Shown: positions 24,101 through 38,002, numbered from the stretch's first letter. The stretch: DNA of 64,000 bases from Gordius albopunctatus (GCA_964276515.1 OZ193909.1:558001-622000), one strand, 5' to 3'. The notes: generated from the sequence alone by a model not told the origin. Numbers and translations: made by a program.

Positions 24101-27100
24101 CACTTGGGGCATGACGCTTTGAAAGAGCACTAAATGATTCTCCAAAATTTATAAGTGCCAATTTAAAAGTGAAAAAATAGTGACAACAATATTTTTAAGC
24201 TATAAAACAAATAATCTTACCAAACCAGAAGTTTCGACAAGAATTATTTCTCTCTTTTATACAATAATCATCATCGGAATTAGAGGGGGGGGCCATTACC
24301 CATAACTTTAATAAATTTCGACAAATTTTTGGATTTCCCTGTCCAGTTTTAAATTGAGCAAATGCGCTAGTTTGCTTGCTCACTTCAGCTTGAGCAAAAT
24401 GAAAAGGGCGATGATCAAAGACACGATGGACAGCGTGTAACCGGTGTAGTATATGAGGACCGATGTGGAATCGAAGGGCGAGCTCCTCCCCCGCAAATTT
24501 TCTAGCGTCTATTTCGAAATCAAAAATTTTAAAAACCTAATTTTATATAAAATAATGCTTTTTTTTATGAAAAACGCAAAATTCATTACACCTTTTTGCG
24601 GCGACATAATAAACTTAATAATAGTCGCCACAAGTTGCATTTCTATTAACAAGATCTAAAAAATAATATAATTTGATTAAGAAATGGAAGGCTTAAATCG
24701 CCCGGTGATCGCGATGGTATAGGCAAAATTTATTGATTTCTTACCCCAGCCCAGGCAATATGCGTGTTGTGAACTCGTTCACTTGCCATAGTTGAGAAAA
24801 AAATCAAATAGACTCTAAATAATACTTTTTTTATTCAATTTAATCCCTAGTTTTTGGTATTACAATAAAAAATTAAATCATTTCACAATATATATATATA
24901 TCGCAAATTTTCTCTAAAATTATGTATACCTTGTGCTTGAGGGGCACACACATGGAGGCATTCTTTTGGGGGGACCAAGTGGCGTTCGGACGACAGAACT
25001 TGTAAACGTATTCTAACCGGGTGTGTGTGTGCCATGTGGAATAAACAAAGAAGTTATATACGTAACAGATTAGCGCTGTAAAAATGGATGACTTTAGTTT
25101 AATTGACCCTTGGCTTTTGTCGCGGGCAAAGCTAGATCTTTAACAAGTTTAATCTCTGGTAGTGCCATTGTAAAATCCATCATACTACTCCTACTAACCA
25201 AATTCCCCCAAATTAAAACTACTCCAGTTGTAGGAACAAGACTTAAAACTGTACACGTATAACAATAAAATTACGTTAAAAAGCCTGAAATCCCTAATAT
25301 AAAATATCGCATAAAAAAGTAGTAAAGCGTGCTAGCGTTCATTATTAGAAACTTAGCCACCTAACATCTAAGACTTGTCTTAGTTGGGGATAGCCTGGCC
25401 TGGGCTGGGGTGCTTTTGGTAGTAAACAAGAGTTAAAAAGAAGGCTAAAAATATTATTACCGGTAGGTAAAATCTAATTTCAAAAATAACAAAAATAAGT
25501 AACACTAGGGTTGGCTTAAAGGATGGAATGATTTAGGGAAGGGCAAAATGATATTTTATGAAATTTTAACCACAATTACATTAAATTTTTAGGATTCTGG
25601 GGATTCTGGGGGGGGGGGCAGTCGCCCATGACAGGAGAAGATTTTGATATTAGATGTCGGGGGGGTTTGTGGAATTTTGAGGTTTTGGTGACATTAAGAA
25701 GGTGCCAAATATAGTTGTTTCGACTGCTTAGACAAAGAGGGGACATGTGTCCTAAATATAACTTTATCCCAAATGTATATTATATACCCACCACACGTTA
25801 ATAAAATTTAAAAAGTCTTATTGGGAGCCGGTCAAAATATATGGGATTAAATGTGTTCTCTGAGATATAATACGAAATTGTCCTCACTATTGCTTACAAC
25901 AGTTAAAGGGAAGATAAAAGTCGTAATAAATAAAATTATAAATCTTAAAATAAATTGAAGTTTAGGGTGAATTTAAATAGAATTAGAGGAGGCCAAATCG
26001 TTTCTGTGCTCCTAAATTACCAGATGCATTCCATTAAAACTAAATATCATTTGCTTACACTACACATGGACCTCTTGTGGTTAGTCCAAGAGCGTCTCGA
26101 AAAAAATAATAAATAAAATTATGGGGCTAAAATTTGAAAAATGTTCATTTTGCCCCAGAAGAGGTTATATAAAGCCTAGATAAATTATTGGTCTATTTAA
26201 TATTGTTGTTGTTTAAACATGGGAATTTCGTATCTTAATCGCGTATATGCAAGTCTGAATTTATATCTGGCTGGGTCGTCGAGTAGAGTAGTTAAAATGC
26301 CGGGCACACATAGGTTTAAACATGTTCATTTTTATTTACACTATATTTCAGCGAGAGAGACATAGTATTAATTAACGAGTTTTTGGAAGAAGATGAAGAA
26401 TAAATATGTTTTCCATGCTAAATTGTTTAATTATCGTAATTGATGAATTATGATACATAAACAATTTTGCTAAGTCTTTGGCAATAATAAAAGCATGGGC
26501 TGCCCCCCCCCTCTGGATCCAAAAATGTGTTGAAATTCATTAAAATTAATCATTATTGCCTCTCTCTAATTCCAATGCTAGCTATGCTATCACCACCACA
26601 AATAAAAGTATTAAATAAAAAGGGTAAAGTGGCAGCAATTTATGTAGCAAATTTGGAAATGCATATCAGTTAACCCAGAAATTTAAAGATGGCGGCGGCG
26701 GGGGCAGACAGGTAAATTGCCCCTCTTGTCCATTAATATTTTGGGGCACATAGACTGCAAAATAATCGATTTGTAATATACAACCCTCCTCCTCCTCCTC
26801 CTAAATGAATTGGTAGACATTTGGGAGCTATAAAAATATTTTTCAAATGCGGCAAAGAAAATATTTTTGGAAATGCTTTGCACTACTTTTTCCTTACTAT
26901 ATTTATTTAAATCAACTCTCAGGTTTCGACTTTAAGTCCCACTTGTTAGGGGTGCTAATTTTAGGAATTAAGGAAAGGATTGTGATAAGCTTCAGGGCAA
27001 AGTTATAGGTATTAAATAATTTTTTGGCAGCTAAAAACATTTATGAAATTAATTGAAATTGAAACAGGCGCGCGGCGTTTATCATTAGTAAAACAACATA

Positions 27101-27672
27101 CAGACAAATCTTTTAGGAAAAGTTAATTACAAATTGTTTGTAAACTGTTTCAAGCAAATATGTTTATATTTAAAAATAAAATATTTTTTGTGAAATAACA
27201 AAGCTATTTATATATGATTCTAATTTTAGAAGTTTTAAAATAAGTGGCGCCAGGGTGAGGGTAATGATGATGTACTTAATTCAAAACAAATCGCATATTT
27301 TAAAGTTGTTATTTGAAGCTTGATCGTGGCCAAAAGAATAGTTTTAAGAATACATTTTAATTAAATTAAAAATAATAGTAATTATCAAAATTGATTAAGG
27401 CGAGTTGATTAACCTTTTTATATCTTTAAAAAAGGGGTAGGCATTAGGGATAACTAGAATGCAACTCAAAAAGCACATTTTAAAACATTTTATCAAAAAT
27501 TTTGTGAAATAATAAAAACTAAAATAAGATTTAATATACTTGAAGAATCGTAAAAGACTCCGTTGAGGTGGGCTATGCATGGAACTTGAGCCAATTGTCC
27601 AGCACTAGTAGCAGGCCATTTGAGATAAGTTTCATTAATTTGAGGGCAAAATGAAGTTGAAGAAATATTCAT
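18167..27672 (-). CDS. Class B1 (secretin-family) GPCR, CRF/diuretic hormone DH44 receptor-like, ~477 aa
   Basis: Coding exons 27672-27540, 25012-24930, 24508-24384, 23986-23839, 21801-21648, 21176-21116, 20517-20448, 20101-20016, 19887-19755, 19680-19639, 18565-18167, all phase-consistent. Motifs: WPATSAG...PC..LNGVFYD, FCRPNATW, YYTGYTLS, LKCMRNTIHCHL, NFFWMLAEG, GWGLP, LIPHLG, QGFFVS..CFMNKEV. Confidence 0.93.
19400..19560. mobile_element. hAT-type MITE, catgggcgtagcc family
   Basis: Imperfect TIRs catgggcgtagtc / ggctacgttcatg, 8-bp flanks gtcacaat / gccacaaa. Related full or partial copies near 3605, 5345, 12320, 18620, 20630, 21925, 25510, 26495, 30785, 44650, 56377, 58070. Confidence 0.7.
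20180..20322. mobile_element. hAT-type MITE, tagtgttgt family, in a GPCR intron
   Basis: TIR tagtgttgttgt / acaacaacacta; flanks gtctagac / gtgtaggc. Confidence 0.7.
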
Positions 27673-28724
27673 TAAAATAAGTCCCCTTTTTGAATTAGTA
27701 ATGAAAATGGGGAATATTGAATGATCTCCTCCCTTATGAAGGCTGAGATAATATAAAATAATATTTTAATCTCTTTTACATGATATGTATATAGAATTAA
27801 TATTTTAAACTTGTTGTTTTTCTAACTATTGTGGGGTGGGGAGGACTATAAATAGCAAAAAGTGTGTGTAAATGTAAAGAAGGAAAGAGAGGGCAAAGCT
27901 AAATTTGTTGTCTTTTTATTTGTTAGCAGAGGCAGAGGTAGGAGAGGAGAGGAGAGATAAGATAAACAACATAAGCTTACGTTCGTTATTTTCCGTCAAA
28001 TTGTGCCGAACGAGAACCACAATTTCCGATCGATTGTTTAAAAGCGCCTGCGTTACATTTTAATATTTGGTAAACTATGTTTCATACGTTGCATATATTT
28101 GCCTCCATTTTGAGGAGAGCAATTCCTATATTTTAACCCCTTGTCAATTTGCCCGATAACAATCAATTTAAATTAAAACGAACGTAAATAAATTAATATT
28201 ACACAAAATAGCAATTAATATTAAACAAACTTTAATCGCATTTTTTACATTTTTAATTTTTATCTATTTTTTAAATGATATTTATTTTAAAATGCTGTTT
28301 TTTATATATACCCAATTCAACATTTTTTTATTTACCTTTTTAAGATTAATTAATTTGCGAAAATTACAAATTTCTATATTATCACCACTAGGCCTCTGGG
28401 AAATATTCGAGATTCGATTCTTCGAATCCGATTCCATATGTGTGAGTTTTGAATCCAATATTTACGCTCCTAAGATTCGAAAATCCTGATCGAATCCTTA
28501 AAAAAATCGAATTTTATTTTTTCAGTTTAATATAAATAGACGAGACTCAAATATTTAGCTATTTTTATCTTACCGCATTTTAGTTATTTTTCCTGCTACA
28601 ATTTTAAAAAGTTTAATTACAAATTTTTAAAACTTACATAAGTTATAGAAAACGAGGATCACGATTTAATTGAATTATGGGCATTGATAAAAATTGCGAT
28701 TTTTATTCAAAATCCAAAAAAAGC

Positions 28725-29205
28725 TCTTCAAAAAAAAGCTGATCAGAAAAAAAGCTAATATACCAATAGGAAAATTTGGCAATTTCGACGAATATAGTGC
28801 ATACAATCTAATGTAAATTTAGGAATATTTGGCAATTTCTGCGTATAGTACCGAATATCTAATTGAGAATTTAAACGTATTCTCCCTCAATTCAGATTAA
28901 TCCACGGATTTAAGATTCTTTCGCAAGTTTTCTCACCATTTTTGAATATACCATTTTTAATACTATTTTTGAATATGTATACTATTTTTAGATATCTTAT
29001 TAATAAATTTAATTATTAGATCTTATTTTTAAAAATCCTATTTTTCAATATCTAACCCATTTTTATATATTCAATATTTAAATTTTATTTTCAAATTTTC
29101 TATGCGACATACTCGTCCTCCCTCATAAGACATCAACGAGTACATTTTAGGGTCTAGATTTTTTTATAGAGCTTTTTTTCTGATCAGCTTTTTTTTGAAG
29201 AGAAA
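28725..29205. repeat. Foldback/MITE-like element with ~33-bp inverted repeats
   Basis: ctcttcaaaaaaaagctgatcagaaaaaaagct at ~28725 and its reverse complement at ~29169-29202. Confidence 0.6.
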
Positions 29206-29698
29206 CGGTGTATGGATAGGTGGTATCAAGTAAATTTATTCACAAACATCAATCAATTTTTAATCTATAAATTTTAGGTTTTAATCGGTAAAGACATCAC
29301 GCATCAAAATAACCTGTAGGTTGGATATGGCTTAAATATTATTATATCTGTATTCTCAAAATGCTTATAGATAATAATTACGATGACAACCTAGAGAGAG
29401 CAATAGTAAATGTCATGAGTAATCACGACAACCGACCCACTCAAGGCATCCACCCATATGGGAATTAATTCGTATTTACGTGCAAAACGTTTCATTATCT
29501 CAACTCTAATTCTAATATGATCAAATGTCAAACTAAAAATAAACGCGAAATTATGACAGGCGCTACATTCTCTTTCAATATTGATTGATCACGTTTGATC
29601 AATATTGCTGCATCAATTATGCAAACCAATCCTACTGGCAAACTAAACCTTTTCTAGGCTAATAAAAATAATTGAATGATGGGGGAACGACCCCTACC

Positions 29699-30060
29699 TA
29701 GAGCCCTGCACGGGCCGCCCCAAGCCCGACCCGGTCCGACTCGATCGGGCTTCGGGCCGGGCTTCGGGCAGAATTCAATAAAACAATCGGCGAGACCCGA
29801 GCCCGGGGGCCCGATATGACTAAAGCAAAATAATCTTTTATAAAATATGATTTAAACAAACTCAACTCGATATTAAATTTTATTATCTTTGCACAGCATA
29901 CATAATATAGCTTCCAAACTTTATCTCTTTCCCCTTTCTGTTATAATTAGAGCCCTGTGCGGGCCGTCCGAAGCCCGACTAGGCCCGAGTCCGGCGCGAC
30001 CCGATCGGGCCTCGGGCTCGGGTCAGGCGTGATGAGGCGACCCGATGCCCGAGCCCTGTC
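29699..30060 (+). mobile_element. Two tandem left ends of a hAT non-autonomous family (tagagccctgcacgggccg)
   Basis: Termini at 29699 and 29948 followed by cccga/ggcccg repeats; 29699-29947 is closely similar to 33802-34072 and to the reverse complement of ~58150-58268. Confidence 0.65.
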
Positions 30061-30611
30061 CGCTGTAAAATGTTCATTTTTCTTGATAAACCGTGTTATT
30101 ATTCTTATTAGCAAAATATCTCCTGAGTTTTAGTTTCGTTCCAAGCTGATGTCGTCTTAACTAGTGAATTTAAATTATAAGTTATATTGACACATAATAA
30201 ACTCGATTAAAAACTTTATATCTTATATTTTTATGATAGCAGTCGTCGAACCAACAGTTTTCATTCTATTTTTTAGATTTAATCGTTACTAAGTATATCT
30301 ATTTTCGCCTCCATGTTATTTTTTTGACGATTTAAAGGATTGAGGATTTTTGGAAAAGGTTAAAATTGTTGTCAAATATTTTTTTATTAGGAGTTTGGGT
30401 TACGCATTTACTGTCCGATCCTTTTTAATTATATTTGTTGTTAACAAGTGCTAAGGTTGAATTGATAAAATGAATAGGAGGAAATGAAATTTTATTTTTG
30501 AGCCAAAGAGACCCATCTTGAGGTAACAAAATGAAAAAGATGAAATCTTTAAAATAGTGAAGTAATGTGAGCGGAGATAACAAATTCCATCTCTACAATG
30601 CCTATTGTTAC

Positions 30612-30750
30612 TAGTGTTGTAAAACCGGCTGGGCTTTTATTTGATCGACGACCTTTGGTTTAAGTCCGCGACTAAGAAAAGGAGTCTCCTCTATATGCTT
30701 AAACGACTAAAATCAATTGCCGACCCTCAGCCCTTTTTACAACATCACTA
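30612..30750. mobile_element. hAT-type MITE, tagtgttgt family
   Basis: Ends tagtgttgt / aacatcacta, perfect 8-bp TSD attgttac, internal cgactaa repeats; relatives at 11171-11293 and 20180-20322. Confidence 0.8.
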
Positions 30751-31604
30751 ATTGTTACCCTCTTTACCTATTGATTCCTTTCCTGGGCGCAGCCAGCATT
30801 GGAATTAGACCGGGGGGGGGGCAATAATGATTTGCGGAGGGGCTAAATGATCCCCTTTTCAAATTTTAGCCATTATTTGAATAAATTTGAACTAATTTCT
30901 CCCTGCCCCCCCCCCTACCCCAAAATATTATGTAGCAAATATGTATAGATTATTTTTCACAGTTACGAGTTTCTTTCTTAAGTCTAATAAGTCATGGCTT
31001 TCAAATATATTTTGACATAGCTTGACCAGTGGCGAAGCTAGCCTTTTTGCCTTGGGGAGCTGAGCTGGTAAAATAGGGGGGGGGGACAAAAGTATTTCTT
31101 ACGCCCACGTTTAAGAATGAAAAATCCCCCAATCCAAACCCGAAATACGACCATGGGTCAAATGCAATTAAAAAAATTTCCCTCGTGAACGTTGGACAAT
31201 CTTAAAATTCGGCTACTACTCCGTGTATTTGCCCCATTAACATCCCACTGATATGTCCCCTCATGCTTATAGAGCATAAAATAAATAAAATTTATTCATA
31301 AATAAAACAAAGTGATGTAGTTGAAAGAATATAGAAAATTTCACTAAGTTTTGTATAAATGAATTGTACGGGTAAAAGTGGAACGGGGATATTGACAAGA
31401 AATCATTGACATTTAAAAAAACAATGCAAAGAGTTAAAAAACTATATAACAAAGTTTTTATAAAAATTATTGCCACAACCCCAAAAATCTTGGTCATATA
31501 TATAAAAAATTTAATTTTACATATGCAATATTGGCAGCATTTATATCAGGAGAACAATGAGAACATATAAAAGCCTTTTTTAAGGTGATGCTCAAAAGGC
31601 GTAA

Positions 31605-32232
31605 TCTATATATATTAAGTAAAGTCTATGTATGTAATATGTATGTGTGTATGTTAGGGCTAAATTCTGAGACTAGCGGCCCGATTCGCGCGAAAATATA
31701 ACCCTAGATGCCCAGGGATGCCAGGGGTAAAATAGCCTTTTCAGAATCCTAAAATTCCTTTTAGTTTTAAAAATATTGGACATTTCCCGGCCATAGCAGC
31801 ATATACAATAATGACGTCATGTATACAAGGCTGAAATCCATCCTTCAATTAATTATTTTATTATATTAAAGAAAATTGTATTTCAAATAAATCAGCTAAC
31901 TAGAAAAATAAAATAATGGACTTATTGTATAATAACTAATAAGTAACAGCATTAATCAGTAAATTTTCCAAAAATATTTAATTTTAGTGGGATTTGATGA
32001 CTAAAACAGAATTCGCATTTGGTTTGTCTTATTATATATATACTTCAAATAGTGGGTTCATAAAATCCATGACGCGATAAAATTCGTGCTCTAAATAAAT
32101 ATTATGGATATTTTATTTATTTAAATTATTATTTCATATATAACCCAATTTTAGATAAGTCTTATTAATAGGTTATAATTATTTAACCACTTAAGGACTG
32201 AGCCAAAGCAACGCTTGGCCGGGCACTGCTAG
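31605..32232 (+). mobile_element. Non-autonomous Helitron
   Basis: A|TC...CTAG|T boundaries, no TSD, (tatg)n near the 5' end, GC-rich subterminal segment gcaacgcttggccgggcac; two related copies in the window. Confidence 0.8.
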
Positions 32233-32296
32233 TTTATAATATTATAAAATATTTATTATTTTCCAGAAATATATAATCTAGCTCTAATAGTAAAAA

Positions 32297-32576
32297 ATAA
32301 ATTAATTAAAAATTTACTAAATGTCAAATTTGATATTCATTTCATAAATTAAGCATGAAAATAACATAATATTATTGATGATTGACGTTTTTATCCGCCA
32401 ATGAAAACTATTTCAACAATTTTAATGAAAATAATAAATTAATTGAAAATTTAATAAATGTCAAATTTAATATTCATTTCATAAATCAAGCATAAAAATA
32501 ACATAATATTTTTTATGATTGCCGTTTTTATCCGCCAATAAGAACTATTTCAACAATTTTAATGAAAATAATAAAT
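32297..32576. repeat. Tandem duplication, ~137-bp unit x2
   Basis: atgtcaaattt at 32321 and 32458; both copies end tttcaacaattttaatgaaaataataaat. Confidence 0.85.
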
Positions 32577-33357
32577 GACGCATGATCGACATGTTTGACG
32601 TTCGACATTTTACAACGTTCGCCGAATCCAATATTACACCGGGGTGGGGGAAAATTTCCCGTCCCCACCCCCCCTCTTATTTACGCCACTGGATGAACTC
32701 GAGTTTATTTGAGCCAGGTTCCATGTTTTTCGCGAAACTTGTTATCATCTATGAATCATATAATTTAGTTTGTACCTATGTACCTTGTTTTTCACAAAAT
32801 TTGTTATGTATGATGTATTATATAAATTAATAGAAACGAATTAATGAATAGAGAATACAAAATGAACTCAGGTTCAACGTTGTAGTTAGCTTGTTATTAC
32901 AAAACATGGCTTTGATATTAATCGAATACTGAGAAATGAGCTAATTATAACATCCATGTTCACAATCTTACAGCTCTTGGTCTTGTTATTCAAACACGAA
33001 AACGCTCGCTTTTATAAAATTAAATGTTATAAGATGGTTTTACAAAGCACATCATGTACCTTTCGCCTTATTTAGCGTTAATACTAATAACACATTCATT
33101 AATAACAACCGTTCGTATTTGAGGTTCAGTTCTTTACATTAAATATCCTTCTTGTGTATATGATTACATATGATGACAAACAAAAAATTGAGTAGCAATT
33201 AATAAACCCGTGAATATATAAATTAGATAATAATAAAGGGGGGACTATGATAATAAAGGCAGCGATGGCTCAACTGGGGCGAGCGTCAATGTAGGTAAAG
33301 CCCTGCACGGTTCGCTCAAGGCCCGAAAAATAATCGGGCCTAATGGGCCAACCCGAC

Positions 33358-33491
33358 TTGCGGTTTTAGCCCGGCCCAAACCAACTCGAGTGAGCAACCA
33401 ATGTAGCTTTTATGCTTCAAAAAGTTGCGGTTTTAGCCCGGCCCAAACCAACTCGAGTGAGCAACCAATGTAGCTTTTATGCTTCAAAAAG
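33358..33491. repeat. Exact tandem duplication, 67-bp unit x2
   Basis: ttgcggttttagcccggccc...tatgcttcaaaaag at 33358 and 33425. Confidence 0.9.
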
Positions 33492-33801
33492 TTTTCATAG
33501 AAAATCAAATTTTTAAATTTGTATTTACAAAAGAGGCTTGTCAAATAAGCTCACATAACGTAAGTCTTTTCTGGGTAGAGCTAGAGATGGTACAATACGG
33601 TAATTTTCCGAACCTTGGTTCAATTTTCTTGTAATTTCCCTTTAGCTTATTATAATAATATTTCAAATATTTCATTTTTTAAAGAATGTTTCGCTATATT
33701 TTCAATCTATTTAATATTCAATTCATATTGGCGCCTAAATCATTTGTTTTTTATTCGATTTCTTAATCAATAATTAAGTTAATTAGCTTATCATGTCTAA
33801 T

Positions 33802-34072
33802 TAGAGCACTGCACGGGCCGCTCAAAGGCCGACCCGGCCCGAGCCACGCCCAAACCGGTTCGGGCCGGGCTCGGGCAGAATTTGATAAAATTCGGGTATC
33901 GGGCTCGGATGAATGGGCCTTGATGAGGGGGCCCGAACCGAGGCCGGCCCGAATTGAACTAAAGCAAATTAATCTTTATAAAAAATGATTTAAATAAACT
34001 CAACTCGATATTAAATAATTATCTTCGCACATAATATAGCTTCCAAACCAGCTTTTTCCCCTGTCTATTATA
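33802..34072 (+). mobile_element. hAT non-autonomous element left arm (tagagcactgcacgggccg)
   Basis: Same family as 29699-29947; a related right-type end (tgcaggtctcta) lies at ~35206-35217 but no TSD links them. Confidence 0.55.
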
Positions 34073-35789
34073 ATTTAACTGACCTGAATGGCAAATTTTA
34101 TTCTAGTATTTAAATGGATTCATAGTAGCTGTTAGAACTTTGAACTGTTAAAAATATATTTTATAAAGTTATATTTTTAGTTTAAAATTATTTTTTTTTT
34201 GATTTATATATGTTGTTTATTTGAACGTAAGAACATTATAAAAACGAAGTGTGAACATTCGAGGAATATAAAAGCGGGTGTAAAACTAAATAAAAATATT
34301 ATGATTCAAAAATGTCGCATGTGTCATCTTGTAAAAGTGGCCAACTGTCGGCCAGGGATTTAAAATTGTACTTTGCTATAAGAATACCAATTTTTTGTTT
34401 AAGTAAAAAATTTGTGGAATATTTAGAAGGCGGGCAGCGACGGCTTTAATGATTTATGTTAAAGTTTAATGAATAAGTACAAAAATAATATAAATATTAA
34501 ATAATAGTTGACCTAAAATGTCAGCAAAAATATTGGATTTTTTTTTGAAGTTGAACCCCATATTCTATGTAAAGTGCTATTTATATATTTTATGTATGCT
34601 TATAAAATTTAAATTTAGTGATCGAGGAAAATAACTAATTTGCGGAAAGATAAAAACAGCTTAATTATTTTCGTCTTGTATTAACTATCAAGTATAAATA
34701 ATTTTTCAAATCCCTTTTTAAAAATTCGATTCGATTTTCGAATCTCACCAGGTAAATATTCGAGTCGAAATTCAGACCTAAGAATTCGAAGTTGATTCAA
34801 AATTTCGAATCGAATCCGAATCGAATATCTACCAAAGGTGTACTTTCCTCCACCATTCCAATATTTCTATTTTTCACGTTGATCCTTAACTTTATGTAGG
34901 TGTGGATTTCCTTTACTTTATAAAATTCTTTCCGAATTTCAGCTATTAGGAGTAGATTTTTTTGTTCCATACTCAATTGTTTCTATATTAGAAAAAGTGT
35001 AAAATGAATGAATCAATAACTTGTAATTAATTAATTTTTTGTAATTATTGTTTTAAATAGAACAAAAGACTACTTAGACTACTACTTCTAAATTATTTAC
35101 TTCTAAATTATTCCGGGCCGGGCCTATTATTTATGAATTAGGCCCGACCCGGAATTTTAAAGCTTCAAAATTTGAGGCCCGGGCTTTTCCGGGCCGGGCC
35201 GCGGGTGCAGGTCTCTACCTTCGACTTAAACATGAGCATGCAAAATTAGTGACCTACAACGGGCTTCTTTATATCAACTAGAGACCTGCACAACCGGGCG
35301 TGTTTTTATAATGTTCTAATTTATAATTAGCAAGGATGGTTAAACTTTACTTCCATCTTAGTTCATTAATTTATCAATATCTCAACCCGCATTATAAATG
35401 TTAACGATATTTATACACGTGATCCCACGGGCCTAGCCAATTTAAAGTAGAGGGGGGGGCAGCTGTCCATCTTTGCCTCTCCATTTATACCCTCTAGCAA
35501 TATTGAGTGAATTATTCTAATATTATGTGAGATTATTGATTGCTATGCAATTTATGGGCTTGCTTTTGGTAGTCCGTCCATCCTGTAGAGATGTCATAAA
35601 ATAGGTGAAATTATGGGAAAATAGAGGAAATTAATAAATAGATATATGTAGGGTGAGTCAACAACTCAAAAAAATGACACAAACACAAAAAGCAACACAT
35701 TTTACATTGAGTTTAAAGAGATTTATTAACAATTTTATAACAAACGATTACATAATTTAATAAATGCGTCAAGCAATTTTAAAAAATTT

Positions 35790-37984
35790 TTATATCCATC
35801 CGATCGGAGTATTTTAAAATCTAAATTCGATCCAAGTTTTTTAAAATCTAAATTCGATCCGATCCGAAACTTTTAAATAAAAATGTTACGAACAGAACTT
35901 TTTATTGATGATTAAATTCAAAATACATAAAAATAAGGTATAGCAATTTTAATAGACCTGAAATAAATAAAAAATTTTATTTGACTAATTCCATATTATC
36001 ATATAAAAAGAATAAAGAATCTCGTTAACGATTGAAAACGGTCGAATATCTTTTGAAATAAAATAAATTAGATGCTTTTCAAAAAAATTTTTTAATTTTG
36101 TGATTTCAGCGAGAGGTTTGGTAACAAATTTGTCAATTGTATTTTTAGCTGAAGTTTTTGGAATACATTTATGATGCAAAAGATGGGAACTACCTCGAAT
36201 GGAATTATGTGTGTGGATATGATGGCATTTCTTGCAGATAACATAACCGGTGTCTGTATCATTTTCATTTATTTAGAAGGTCAAAGTAACTCCAAATTTG
36301 ACTTTTTCCGTCTTCTTTTTTAACTTGTTGAAGCATATTTCTTTTAAATTTTTTTATTATTACTTCCATGACGGTTTTTAATATGATAAACAATAGAAAG
36401 GATCTTCGCGTGTGCTTTAAGGAAAGGGGAGATTGTGATTGATGATTTTCGGAGTTGAGATAGAAAGAGATGCGTGTGCTAAAAAGGAAACGGGAGATGC
36501 TGATTTATCATTGACACTAGCTCCTTTCTCGCCAAACAAGAAAGTCTAGCTAGGGAAATACTGATAAATATGTTAGGGTAAGTAAGGTGAGAGGTGGTAT
36601 TGGGCATTAGAGGTCTGCATGGGCCGAAATATTAGGTTCAGGCCCGGCCCCAACCCGCACAAATATTATTTTTTTGGCCCGCACCCGGCCCGCAAAAAAA
36701 TCTCAAAAATTGCGCCGCATCAGGCCCGCACCACGAGTAAAAACAAGTCTATGTTGTTTCAAAATTATTTCTTTGTATAAAAACTATTTTGTATTGTTCA
36801 AAAAATAATTTAGCTATAGCAAATAAAATCGGTTTTAATTAAAAATTACAATTTAATATTGTCATTTAAAAATAATAGACTATCTATTCTATCAGGTAAT
36901 AATTTCGTTCTTCTCTGTACTATAAGGCGACTTGCCTTACAGAATGTGCGTTCACTCGTAGCATTGTTGGCTGGAATTGACAAAAACTGACCAGCTAATT
37001 TTGTTAAGTTTGTTAGCATAAGTCGGTGTTCTTTCTACCATAAAATTACATCTAGCTTAGCATCTTCAGGTTTTTTCCCCGTTTCATCATCGTCCCAAAT
37101 AGAAAATATAAATTGCTTAGTGTTGCACACCTGAGTTGGATCACTTTTAGTCAAACGACTTAAGCAAGAAGATCTATTCAAGAGCCACGATCTTCTTAAA
37201 TCATCTAATTCTGTTACCGTAGTTTTTTAGAAGCTTTTTTAAAATTCGGATAGCTAACGAGCGAAACTAATAAACAAGAAAGGTTAATATTTTACGATAA
37301 ATATCGATATTTGACTTTGAAATTAGCATAGTTTGGGCTCTTGACTTCAATTTGTAGATCTTTAAGGCAACAGGATCACCATTATAGGTAGGAGATGGAA
37401 ACAAATTTGCGATGCCTTTTATAAAGAAAGGGGTATAATTTTCAAGTGTTGGTGTCTTATGCGCGTCTAACTCGATACTTGCCTTTTCATAAGGTGAAAG
37501 CATATTAATTAATAGCATGATATGTTTTATGGAAATGTCTTCAAGTTTTCCAATAAATCTTTGCCAGATAAACAACTGATTATTTTATCATTTTTAGCAT
37601 AATGATTTCCACCAGATTGTTGTTCGGAAAATTAAATTTTTTTATTGTTAAGCTAATAAGTGAATTTTTTTGTTTCTATATTAGAATTATAGTATAAAGT
37701 TAAATAAATTCCAATTTTTTTTACTTTTCAAAGCCCAAGCCCGGCCCGCCCTTTTTTATTGCTCTATTTTAGGCCCGGCCCATGCAGACCTCTATTGGGC
37801 ATCAAAAATGGTAAAGTAAAAAAAGAATGCAAAGATAATTATGAAAAGGTATACTAAAAATTTTTAATTTAATTAATTAGAACTTATTATTGTTTATTTT
37901 AAATTTGAAAATCCGATCCGACTAAAATAAAATGTTGATCCGATCCGAGTTCGGACGGATCGGATTGATCCGTGCACACCTCTA
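35790..37984 (-). mobile_element. Deleted hAT (Hermes/hobo-like) element nested in the larger hAT; left end not found
   Basis: Right terminus gtgcacacctcta with tccgatccg subterminal repeats at both ends; transposase N-terminal fragment ~36370-36020 (KSQIWSYF...CKKC...HLLHHKC...KDIRPFSIV). Confidence 0.6.
36608..37794 (-). mobile_element. Non-autonomous hAT element with C-terminal transposase fragment
   Basis: Perfect 19-bp TIRs tagaggtctgcatgggccg / cggcccatgcagacctcta and perfect 8-bp TSD ttgggcat; internal LSPYEKASIELDAHKTPTL and LAGQFLSIPANNATSERTF remnants. Confidence 0.92.
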
Positions 37985-38002
37985 ATGTATATAAAAAGAG
38001 TA

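Noticed and set aside
24384..24790. GPCR lacking an extracellular domain altogether
   Set aside because: ECD exons were found at 25012-24930 and 27672-27540 and splice in phase.
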